Shown one piece after another: positions 54,161 to 63,600 of a stretch of 64,000 nt of DNA. Made by a program: the position numbers and the translations under genes. Under the pieces are notes generated by a model. The model was not told the origin of the DNA. It ran no database searches and saw only the letters and a program-made list of their open reading frames with translations. The first letter of the stretch is position 1. Each line of letters opens with the position of its first letter. This stretch comes from a virus, in IMG/VR virus record IMGVR_UViG_3300044640_002221, positions 64,001 through 128,000 of that record. One strand, 5' to 3'.

Positions 54161-54406
54161 TTATGAAAAGAAGTTAGCTAATAAGTCAGCAAAAAACAAA
54201 GGATCACAGTGACAGTTAATAATTCCTCCTGTAGGAAGTTTAACTAAGGTATTTTTGATGGCTGAATAATAACGTACTATTCCACTGGAGAACGTAAGAA
54301 CAATTACGTCCCCTTTTACCTTTGCCAACTTCACTTCTCCTTCTGTTCTTAGAAAAACTTCCCCTTCATAGAAAGAAGCTTCTGCATAATCAAGCGTAAA
54401 CACCAA
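54161..54406 (-). CDS. Hypothetical protein
   Basis: ORF track. Confidence 0.55.
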   Translation of the reverse strand: MVFTLDYAEASFYEGEVFLRTEGEVKLAKVKGDVIVLTFSSGIVRYYSAIKNTLVKLPTGGIINCHCDPLFFADLLANFFS

Positions 54407-54623
54407 CTAGAGAATCTTCTTCTTTTAACTCTCCGCCGTCAGCTCCACTCCACAGCTCACACCTAAAGTGGTTAAACCCATCATTATCCTCAAGGAACTC
54501 CTTCTTAAGTTCCTCCCACGCCTGTCTTGCACTCTCATTTGCAAATCCCAGATACTTTGGCTCGTCATCAGTCTTACATTCAATGATTAATATCATCCGT
54601 AGGCTCCTTAATAAACCAATCAC
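54390..54623 (-). CDS. Hypothetical acidic protein
   Basis: ORF track; likely start MILIIEC. Confidence 0.6.
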   Translation of the reverse strand: MIGLLRSLRMILIIECKTDDEPKYLGFANESARQAWEELKKEFLEDNDGFNHFRCELWSGADGGELKEEDSLVGVYA

Positions 54624-54674
54624 TTATCTTTTTTCTAAAGAAATAAGAGCCAGCACCACGCCAGCTCCACCTCC

Positions 54675-55012
54675 TCAAGTCACAATCTCTTCCACAGTGC
54701 CTTGGACAAATACAGGCTCACCCTTCTGGAAAACCAGACTGTCTGCGTTTAATATGTCTGACAGCCAAGAGGTGTATTCACTCTCTAAGGTCTGACTGTT
54801 TAGTATAGTTGCTAGAGGGTATCTGATATATGCTCTTCTACCCTCCCAATCTAGGGGACTTAACTCTCCCAGACCTTTGTACAACTTGCCCCAGAACCAA
54901 GCCCCGTTCTCTTTACCTTCAGCTACCAGCCGTTCGGCATCTGTCCACTCATTTGAATGAGGAACTCAGCTTGAAGGTTATGATTCACAAGCTTAATAGT
55001 TTTAGATTCCAT
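54675..55012 (-). pseudogene. Hypothetical gene with one frameshift near 54955
   Basis: MESKTIKLVNHNLQAEF, then the -1 frame reads HSNEWTDAERLVAEGKENGAWFWGKLYKG..., continuous with ORF 54675..54884. Confidence 0.6.
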
Positions 55013-55091
55013 GACTTACTCTCTAAGGAACAAATACCCTGCACTCTTCTTTTTTTCTTTTAAAGAGAAAAGGGGCATCAAGCCCCTCATT

Positions 55092-55418
55092 CTAACCTTC
55101 TATAATTACCTTCTCTCTTGTTAGTTCTACATTCTCGTTAAAGCTATTAACTAGCTCAGTTAATGAGCTAGTTGGGTGTAAAGAGATAGTTCCATCTTTA
55201 TGTCCTACAATACTACCAAGAGTTGGGTGGAAAGCTTCAAACAGTCCCGCATCATAGTCAATATACTCAATCGTCCAGTGAAATCCTTCTGGAGTAGGAA
55301 AACTCCACTGTATCCGCTCCCGTTCTAAAACCACACCGTTTGGGTGCTTTGGAGTCTTTACAAGCTCCCACGCTTCCGCCTTTCTGTTTGTAGTGGTGTC
55401 TATAACTTTAATCTCCAT
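55092..55418 (-). CDS. Hypothetical protein
   Basis: RBS AGGAG and ATG. Confidence 0.7.
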   Translation of the reverse strand: MEIKVIDTTTNRKAEAWELVKTPKHPNGVVLERERIQWSFPTPEGFHWTIEYIDYDAGLFEAFHPTLGSIVGHKDGTISLHPTSSLTELVNSFNENVELTREKVIIEG

Positions 55419-55521
55419 GACTGTCTCCTAGAAATAATGAAAGAACATATACCCTTCACTCTTCTTTTTTTCTTTAACATAGTGCTTGCACACACTTCTG
55501 TTAATAAGCTGCTACTATAGA

Positions 55522-55551
55522 AATAGGTGTCTAATATATTAGACACCTATT
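55522..55551. repeat. Perfect 30-bp palindrome in a divergent promoter region
   Basis: AATAGGTGTCTAATA|TATTAGACACCTATT. Confidence 0.9.
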
Positions 55552-55575
55552 CAAGTTCACATCATTTAATTAATT

Positions 55576-56247
55576 ATGACAGACCAGAGCGCTTACGTCA
55601 TCGAAGAGTTAGAATTTATAGATGAGCAAATGCCGTCTGTATACCTACTATCTTATCACACTGCCAGTATGAATGAACTCTCTATAGCTAAAGAAGCTTA
55701 TGACACCTCTCAGCAATACCGCTTTAAGAGTCTCACTCACTATAAGAACTCTGGCGAGTTTCTGATAAAGATAAGAGAAGCTCTGCGGGGTGCAACAAGA
55801 GAAAAGCCTATTGTCTCTGATATAGGAACATTTAACTCCTTTGAGCACTATATGCAGACCTTCTTTGGTAAGGAGACTACAACAGGCTTAAAAAGAGCTC
55901 AAGCTAGAAACTACATGAGGCTGGCAGAAAACTGGGATGTCGTAGAAGACTTAAAGCTAAACGAAAGCGAAGCTTGTTACAGGTTAGTAGCAACCTTAAA
56001 GATTATCTCTTGGGGTCTCAAGAAGAGAGAGGCTGGCTATAACCTTAAAGAGTTAGACCACCACCTCTACTGGGATGAGAGAGACGAACTAGCCGCTCAA
56101 CAGGAACGGACTGGTGAACTATCAAAGCCTCAACTAAAAGCTCTTGTTAAAGAACTAAATAAGAAGGTAGAAGACTTAACACAAGAGCTATTGGTCTACA
56201 AGCGACGGTTTAGTGTTGACATTCTAGAAGAGAGCTTCGCCCGGTAA
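55576..56247 (+). CDS. DUF3102-like protein
   Basis: GEFLIKIRE..FEHYMQ..F....RAQARNYMRLAENW. Confidence 0.65.
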   Translation: MTDQSAYVIEELEFIDEQMPSVYLLSYHTASMNELSIAKEAYDTSQQYRFKSLTHYKNSGEFLIKIREALRGATREKPIVSDIGTFNSFEHYMQTFFGKETTTGLKRAQARNYMRLAENWDVVEDLKLNESEACYRLVATLKIISWGLKKREAGYNLKELDHHLYWDERDELAAQQERTGELSKPQLKALVKELNKKVEDLTQELLVYKRRFSVDILEESFAR

Positions 56248-56270
56248 ACTACTCTCTACTTTTTTCAATT

Positions 56271-56309
56271 AAAAGACTGGTAAACCTAATGAGGGCTCGC
56301 CAGTCTTTT
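56271..56309. terminator. Bidirectional terminator between convergent genes
   Basis: AAAAGACTGG...CCAGTCTTTT. Confidence 0.65.
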
Positions 56310-56581
56310 TAGTTTGTAGGGTTGCTTTTCTTAAACCCTAACTTCTGCATAGTCTGTTGAGAAGAGTGCAGCGTTCCGCTCTCCAACTCAACCACTATGT
56401 CATTCCTTTCATGAGAAACTACCACACCATTGTCGGTGGGCAGCTCTCCTTCAATAGGGTCTCCAACAACCCACCTATCAGACCCTGTTGGGTCATCAGG
56501 AAAGTTGTTGGGGTCTACTGGCTTGGGTCGGGACACTCTAGCCACGCGCCTGCTCCTTAACGTAAGCCTCCACTTCCTCAA
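56309..56581 (-). CDS. Hypothetical protein
   Basis: ORF track; start uncertain. Confidence 0.5.
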   Translation of the reverse strand: MRKWRLTLRSRRVARVSRPKPVDPNNFPDDPTGSDRWVVGDPIEGELPTDNGVVVSHERNDIVVELESGTLHSSQQTMQKLGFKKSNPTN

Positions 56582-56960
56582 CAGAGGCGAACTTCTGAAT
56601 CTCTGTCAAGTCTCCATCTGTATAACCCTCATCAGAGCTATACAGAACAATGTCGCCATTGTCTTCTTGCCAGATGACGTGGGAGACAGGCAAGGCTTCA
56701 AAGAGTGGACCACAAGCATAGGCATCCCAGCCTATCATTTCTTCGAGTTCCCTAATGGGAACTATGTACTGGTCTGTAGGCGACCAGCATCCCTCAGTGG
56801 TCATTACAACCTCTGGTTTAGTAGAGTAGATATCTCGCACCTCATTTAGAGGAACGAGAGTATGTTTCCATAGACAGTTAGGCATCTGTCCCGTCTCCCA
56901 TATCTTCAAGTTGGGCAAGGCTGTATAAACAGCCATTTCTTGCTGCTTCTTGTAGCTCAA
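56538..56960 (-). CDS. Hypothetical acidic protein (N-terminus possibly frameshifted)
   Basis: An alternative upstream frame MEFITLEMIVELQEAA follows the intergenic module. Confidence 0.55.
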   Translation of the reverse strand: MSYKKQQEMAVYTALPNLKIWETGQMPNCLWKHTLVPLNEVRDIYSTKPEVVMTTEGCWSPTDQYIVPIRELEEMIGWDAYACGPLFEALPVSHVIWQEDNGDIVLYSSDEGYTDGDLTEIQKFASVEEVEAYVKEQARG

Positions 56961-57053
56961 CTATCATCTCTAATGTTATAAATTCCATAAATCTAGGATT
57001 AAAGATACCCTTCACTTTACTTTTTTCTAAAAGGGAGATTGCTCCCCAAATAA

Positions 57054-57323
57054 CTACCAAGGCAAAGCACCTTTACGCTCCTTGGTTTTATAAGGTCTTT
57101 TGTCACATAGAGGCAAGTGACTAGCTATGAAGCTCAAGGCTTCTTTGTGCCCTTGTGGAGTACAAGGAAAGTATGCGTTGTATTCATCCTGTGGGTCTTC
57201 TGGCAATGCGTACCCCACAACGTAGCAGTCTACCAACTGCTGTTTCTCTCTTCTGGCATTTTCCTTATGCCACTCAGAAGGACGTTCTAAAGCTTTTGAC
57301 ATAAAACTCCTATAAATTACCAT
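57054..57323 (-). CDS. Hypothetical protein (likely start MSKALE)
   Basis: RBS AGGAG. Confidence 0.65.
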   Translation of the reverse strand: MVIYRSFMSKALERPSEWHKENARREKQQLVDCYVVGYALPEDPQDEYNAYFPCTPQGHKEALSFIASHLPLCDKRPYKTKERKGALPW

Positions 57324-57378
57324 TCACTTTACTTTTTTCTTTAAAAGAAAGTGAGAGCGTGATCGCTCCCAACAGTCT

Positions 57379-57849
57379 TTATAGAGCACTACGCTCGGCG
57401 TGCTTCTGTTCCACTGATACAGCAGCCCCAGCCCACTGCTCAGAGACTACTTCAATCTTCTTGATATGAAGTAGCCCCGCATAATTGAAGACAACAGATT
57501 TGTCTTCTAATACTACACGATTGTGTTGGGGAACCAAGAAGGTCTTTACACCTGCCTTTAGCCAGTCAATCTGGAGGGGTAAAGGAGCCACAGCAACAAC
57601 TATAGAATATGCAGGAATAGCCCACTTCACATCTGCAGGAGTTACACCTGCCTCTTGTTCCTCCTTTGTAGGAAGAGGAGATTCTGTAAATGTAATCTGG
57701 TCACCATTTGCTCTAATGTCCTTGATAGAACCTTTGAATTGTTCTGTAATGCCACCCAAGTCAGCAACCATTTCAGGAGTAGCTGTGTGGCGGGAGAAGA
57801 AGTATATGTTAGCCATGAGAAAGAGTTCCTTTAATAGTAATAATTCCAT
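57379..57849 (-). CDS. Hypothetical protein (likely start MANIYFFSRH)
   Basis: ORF track; FFSRH.....M..DL. Confidence 0.7.
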   Translation of the reverse strand: MELLLLKELFLMANIYFFSRHTATPEMVADLGGITEQFKGSIKDIRANGDQITFTESPLPTKEEQEAGVTPADVKWAIPAYSIVVAVAPLPLQIDWLKAGVKTFLVPQHNRVVLEDKSVVFNYAGLLHIKKIEVVSEQWAGAAVSVEQKHAERSAL

Positions 57850-57886
57850 TCCCTCTTCTTTTTTTCTAAGAAAAGAGTGGAAGCAA

Positions 57887-58150
57887 TTAAGCTTCCTTCT
57901 GTTGAACTAACCAGTCAGCTCCTTCAGGAGTTATTTTATACTGTCCATCGGTCTTCTGAATAAGACCTTCCTGTTTCAACTTGGTCATTACTGACCTTGA
58001 GGAGACAACCTGCAGTTCTTCACTGCTGGCTGCTCCTGTCTCCAGGTACTCTAAAGCACGGGCCTTAGAGTTGGAGTTTTTAAGAGCCCCGCGCTGGCGA
58101 GACTCATCTAGAGTTTGGTCGTCGTAATGACGACCGTTTCTGTCTATCAA
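57887..58150 (-). CDS. Winged-helix-like protein
   Basis: KLKQEGLIQKTDGQYKITPEGADWL. Confidence 0.65.
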   Translation of the reverse strand: MIDRNGRHYDDQTLDESRQRGALKNSNSKARALEYLETGAASSEELQVVSSRSVMTKLKQEGLIQKTDGQYKITPEGADWLVQQKEA

Positions 58151-58656
58151 GCAGACACCTCCTCTAGAGCTGGAAACTCTATGGTTTCTATACCGTCGAA
58201 TATCTCTTTCAGCTCTCCTGGTGAGAGTCTACCAAGGTCATAGTGATGCAACAAGAGGCGACTGTACCATTCACCCCACTTAGTGTTTGAGCCATACTTC
58301 ATTGCCTCAAAAGCTTTTCCTTTGTCGAAGAAGCTTGTAGATTGCAAGACCAAGAAAGTATGCTCTACCAAGTCATGGTCAGGTTTATCCATTCTCCACT
58401 CTCTACCTTCTTGTAGTAAAGCAAGAACCTTGTCTACTGCGTCTTTGTAGACGACTAACTCAAGCGTTCTTTTCTTGAAAGGACGTGCGCCATTAACTGT
58501 TACTAGTTTAAATACGGACATGGTAACTCTCCTTAAAGAAATAAAAATTCCATTCCCTCTTCTTTTTTCTAAAACAGATTTGCTGTCCATTCTAGATTGA
58601 AAGCTTGAGAGAGTGGTGCTCATCACCTCCTTCATAGAAGTACAAACGGCTCCCAC
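58147..58656 (-). CDS. Hypothetical protein (likely start MSVFKLV, 58520)
   Basis: RBS AAGGAG before MSVF; the upstream extension spans the intergenic module. Confidence 0.65.
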   Translation of the reverse strand: MGAVCTSMKEVMSTTLSSFQSRMDSKSVLEKRRGNGIFISLRRVTMSVFKLVTVNGARPFKKRTLELVVYKDAVDKVLALLQEGREWRMDKPDHDLVEHTFLVLQSTSFFDKGKAFEAMKYGSNTKWGEWYSRLLLHHYDLGRLSPGELKEIFDGIETIEFPALEEVSA

Positions 58657-58927
58657 TAAACACTCTCTCTAACGACTCAAGCAAAGCCGAGAACGTCCGT
58701 GTTCCACGCGCATTAGTTAGTATAGCTGTTAATTCAGCACTGCTCCTACTCACTTGTTGATTCCTTAGACTTCATCACCTCCCTCTGTTGAGGTTCAAAC
58801 GGCTCCATCCTTTGGACAAGCTTCGGACATTACAGCACAGTTACCTGTGTATCTAACTAATGTTCCTTGCTCTTTTCTTTTTTTCTTAAAGAGAATAGCA
58901 TGACACTGTTATCATGCTACCCAAAAA

Positions 58928-59119
58928 TCATCCTTCAACTCTGTTATAAACATCAATAGCATCCTGTAGCTTCCCACCTTGGAAGCGGAATGCACCCTTG
59001 TCATAGACCAAGTATGCTACCTGGCTCTCAGGAAGCCACAGCTCTGCAAGGAGAGATTTTTCCCCTTCAGTAACTAGGACAACCCTCGTCCTGTCTTCTA
59101 ACTGTTCTACTGTCAGCAT
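58928..59119 (-). CDS. Hypothetical protein
   Basis: ORF track. Confidence 0.65.
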   Translation of the reverse strand: MLTVEQLEDRTRVVLVTEGEKSLLAELWLPESQVAYLVYDKGAFRFQGGKLQDAIDVYNRVEG

Positions 59120-59291
59120 AAATTAATAAAATAATAAAAAATCCGCCCTCTCTTCTTTTTTTTTCTTAAACAGCGATCGCCTACTGTACCAACCTGTCCT
59201 GTTGTCATAAAGAAACAAACCAACTGGCGGCGGCTGCTTTTTTATTAAAAGAAGTATAGCAGCTAACCCGGATGGATTAACTGCTATAGGA

Positions 59292-60062
59292 TTAGACGTT
59301 AGCTGCAAGTACAGATTGGTCTACCTTTGGCGGAACTTCTGGAGGCGTACTTCCTGCTCTAACGCGAGTTTTTGGAGCCTCTGAAGGTGAAACTGCTTTA
59401 GGAGCAGGTGGAGCTTCTGGAATATCTCTTGTGGTTACACTAATAGGAGCCCCAGTTTCAACCTTCTTAGGTTGGGGCTTGCCGTTACGGAAGTAATCAT
59501 TTAATTCCACTTTTCTACCCCTAATACCATCCCCATGCCACTCCAAGTTTCTATAAGCCCAACCACTAAAGCTGAGCTGACCCTCCTTATTAATTTTTGG
59601 TAATAGCTGCAATCCAGCATCACCATCTTGGGGCTCAAACCAAAGATTTGGGCAGTCTTTATAGTTTGGTTTAGAACCAGACTTAAGAATCTCGCCGGCT
59701 TCTCCAGTCCATTCTAGAAGTACATTTAGAGCAGCAACTACCTCTGGTTCTAAATCTTCTTCATGCAGAACTACATAACCGCCGATTTCCCATAATGAAT
59801 TATCGCCAGCAGCTTTAGCCGCAGCGATATCTTTTGGTAAAGGTACAAGCTGCCAACCGTCTTCTGAAGAGCTAGTGCGACCTTGAATCTTTAACTGCAG
59901 GCTGAACCTGCCTGGAGTGTCTTGATAAACACCCCAAACGCGGGGTTTAACCAACTCTAACTCTTCGCTCCACATTGTGATGCGCTGACCAGCTTGTAGC
60001 TGCTCACAGAATAGAGCGGGTAGATTTAGGTCTTCAGCTAACTTTAATAAATCTTGAGACAT
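59292..60062 (-). CDS. Hypothetical protein with Pro-rich tail
   Basis: RBS AAAGGA and ATG. Confidence 0.75.
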   Translation of the reverse strand: MSQDLLKLAEDLNLPALFCEQLQAGQRITMWSEELELVKPRVWGVYQDTPGRFSLQLKIQGRTSSSEDGWQLVPLPKDIAAAKAAGDNSLWEIGGYVVLHEEDLEPEVVAALNVLLEWTGEAGEILKSGSKPNYKDCPNLWFEPQDGDAGLQLLPKINKEGQLSFSGWAYRNLEWHGDGIRGRKVELNDYFRNGKPQPKKVETGAPISVTTRDIPEAPPAPKAVSPSEAPKTRVRAGSTPPEVPPKVDQSVLAANV

Positions 60063-60528
60063 GATAAATATCCTTTAAAGTTGAATGATTCAGTCCCTAA
60101 TCTTTTTTTTCTTAAAAAAATAGACCCCACCTGCTTACAACAAGTGGGGTCTTGAGATTAGGAATCCATGCTCTATTCTTTTTTTCTAAGAAGAAAGTGG
60201 GGAACTATAATTCCCCAAAAATCTACCAAGAGATATTTAAAAAAATATCTCCACACATACCACTAACACAACTATCTGTGACAAAGCCCGCCTCAAACGC
60301 GGGGTACTTACTATTTACCAACTCAACTACTTCATCTTCTGAAGCAACAATGATTTGGAAATGATTTCTCGAAACTTCTTTAATAGACATAACAAACCCC
60401 TAGAGATGAACAACATTCACTCATCTTTTTTTATAAGAAAAAGAAGCAAACCATTATCAACCAGAGTGTTAAGGCACCCCAGTCAGTTTGCTCCTTGGAA
60501 GATTTATGTCATCCATTCCCTTTTCTTT

Positions 60529-60568
60529 TTTTTCTTAGAGGGTATCAGATATTGGGACTTTCTGTCAA
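60529..60568 (-). promoter_or_regulatory. Putative sigma70 promoter running into the A-tract module
   Basis: TTGACA, 18-nt spacer ending TGa, TACCCT, then CTAAGAAAAAAAAG. Confidence 0.45.
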
Positions 60569-60612
60569 TAGGGATGAGAAGTTTTAGAGGGGCTTCTCAC
60601 CCCTATTGAAGG

Positions 60613-63600
60613 TTAGCAAACAGCTTGTTCTTTAAGCCAGTTGATAACATGAAGGTTGGTTCTATAAGAGTTAAACATCAACCTTCTATAGGTACTAGCT
60701 CGGTAGTTTCTTTGTTCTTTAGTCTCTGTGACTAAATCAACAGTATCGCAGCCAGTGTAGAAGTACAGGTCTTCTAGTTTTCTAACGCGGCTAGAGCCAA
60801 CGTAGAAGGCATTGTTTTGGAACATAGGTCTCTTTGCACCATACTCCGTTCCGTTCAACACTACATCTACTGTTTGACCGTCATTAGGACGGACTCTCTT
60901 ACGGGTGTAAGCGTGGGCAACTACTTTATCCTCTGTCATACCTTGACAGCCGTGAAAGGTTATCGCCCATGCTAAGACAATAGGAATCTGGTTGAATCTT
61001 CCAACTGGGATTTGATTCTCATCTAATGGAGCATGGAGGTCTACTCTACCAATCTCAATGATGTTGCCATTACGAAGCTTGACATCAACTGAGTCATCAT
61101 TAAGAGCTACAATAACTCCACGACTACCTTTAGCTGCTAATGGTAGTTTATTAGAGTCGCTAGGGTCTTTAATCTCCTGCTTAACTCTAATTGGAGCCCC
61201 AACTACTAACTCCAAGTTTTCTTCTACAGGCTTAAAGTTCTCTATGAAAGATGCCCTAGTGTAGCTTCTGTCATTAACAGAGATATTAGCTGAGTAGACT
61301 TTACTCCTGTTACCTTTAGCTTTGAGTTTAGTTAGTTCTTGACGGTTCCATTCAATTAGTTCGTCATTTAGTGCAAACACATGAAGAGCATCTTCTGGCA
61401 TTTCATCCAGGGAAGCTTTCAACCGACCTTTAATCAAAGGACAGTTTTCTAGCTCTCTGTGTTTACCGTGTCCTTCACCAAGAGCTAGTAGGTTCAGCTC
61501 TTGGGCAAACTCAGAGCCTTCAGCCTGTCTCATCTGCTGCTTGAGGTTGATGAGTTTCATGTCTAGCTTGTCCATTAAGGAGGCTTTTATTACTTCCTCA
61601 CCCTTGTGGTTGAAGACAGCTCTATTCATAATCATCTCACCACCAACAGGCTCTAGTTGTTTGAAATCACCGACACAGAGCCATTGGATAGGAGTCTTGC
61701 GAGCCTTGTTTGCAGCAGCTTCATCGCGTTGGTTAATTTCTAATCCTTCAGAGATTACATAACCAAGGCAGGTGTCTAGCATAGATACTTCATCTATCAG
61801 AAAGATGACACCTTTATACTTTCTGCCTTTCTGTACTTCAGAAAAGCGTTTCTTGGTTTTATCAGAGGTTACACCACCAACCATCTTCTGAGCTGCTGAC
61901 CACTCTCTAGCTCCGTTATCAAAGCCTTTACCAACACCTGTAGCTCGGTTGATAGTACCTTGAGAGTCTTGCAGGTTCATGGAAGCTAAACCAGTTGTTG
62001 CTACAGGAACAATCCAGTAGCCCAACAGTTTAAGTATCTTAACTGCAACTGAAGAAAGGTGAGATTTACCCGTCCCGGCATTACCTGTTAGGACATAGTT
62101 ACCTCCTAACAGGATTAAGCGGAGTGCTTGCTGTTGTTCGGGGTTTAGTCCTTTTACAAGGGCTGTAACCTCATTAGCAGTCCAAGTTTCCAGTTTTTCT
62201 ATGTAAGGAGTTAACCAAGCTAATGGATCTAACTTAACAACACTTCTGGCTCTTCCAGTAACTTTAGGAGCAGCGGGAGTTAGTAACCAGTAGCCTTTAT
62301 AGCTGCAAGCAACCCACTCGGCTGAGTAGTTCTTACTCTCAACATAACTCTTGAGCAACTCATCAACGCCGCTGCATCCTCCGACAACAAACTTACTGCT
62401 TGCTGCGATAGCTTTATTTACTAAAGGAATGTAACGCTCGTTGAATACTTTTGCGGCATCAGCTTCTGTAATGCCACTGCTTTTGAAGACACCAGAGCCA
62501 GATACCATTACTACATCATTAGCAGTGTAGACACCTATGTTGGCTCTAGCACCCCAAGCTATACGATAGTTTTCTGTACTGCTTGCTACTCCAGGTTTAG
62601 CTGGGAAGCCGATGAATTGAGTGGCTACAGCAGCCATTGCATCATCTTTGATTTTGTTTCTTTCTGCACCAGGTACAGAGGGTAAACCATCAAGAGGGTG
62701 TTTAGCAACGAACTGTTCGTCAACGGTAGTCGCACTCTCTGAGGACTTGTATTCCACAATTACAGCGTGAGGAATAACTTGTGCAAGAATATTCTGAACT
62801 TCTGTCCAAGTTGCTGTTTTAGAAGCTTCAGTTGGTCCCCCTGCTAAACCCGAACCTAGCCTGTGAGGAACATAAACAGTAAGATTCTGCTCCTCAGCAA
62901 ATCTTCTTACTTCCTGCAAGCCTTTTGCTAAAGCATCAAAGTCAGTTTGTCTAGACCTTGTACTATAGTAATGCTGTCCCGCAACGTTGGCAACGTACAG
63001 TTTGTCTGCCACTTTGACAAACTGAACATCTCCCAACTTCCATTCTTTAGCTTTATACTCTTTGTCTACTAAAGGCCATTTCTGACCTATGGCTAAAGCT
63101 AGACCAGCGCCACTAACATTACAGCAGTTTACTTGTTGCACTATCACACCACAAGTAACATCTAAAATGTTGGTTAAGTTAGTTTGCGGCTTGGCTAAAG
63201 GTTCACTAGCAGGTGCAACGGAGTTTGCTTCAGGAGTTTCTACTGCTATGCCACCGCCATTACTATTAGGTCTTGGTCTTCTATTTATCACAGGGATGCC
63301 ACCTTGTTCATCTTTCTGCTCAGTAAAGAGAGCTATAGATAAAGGTGCTTGCTTTTCTTCTTCTTCTACAACTGGAGGTACTTCAGGTAAAACTATTGAT
63401 CTTCTACTTAAAGGTGTAGCAGGTGGCTTAGCCCGCTCTGGTTTCTTAAGGCTGTTATCCCAAGCAACTACAGTAGCCTCTTGAGCATCTACTTCATTTT
63501 GCTCTGCTTCTGTTAGTTCAGGAACGGTAATTGGTTCTTCAACTACTGTTGGAGCAACATAAATGCTTGCTTCCCAAACTGCACGGCTGCCAGCTTTTTC

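Noticed and set aside
59123-59308. 61-aa ORF
   Set aside because: It runs through the HIP1 and A-tract intergenic module and ends in module-derived KKKKEE; it is doubtful as a protein.
523-63484. Short plus-strand ORFs antisense to minus-strand genes (e.g. 523, 5091, 11410, 12621, 15742, 22186, 24415, 47555, 57485, 63089) and minus-strand ORFs inside the tail fibre (8548, 8729)
   Set aside because: These are shadow frames of real genes, with Ser/Leu/Phe-rich composition, no RBS and no motifs.
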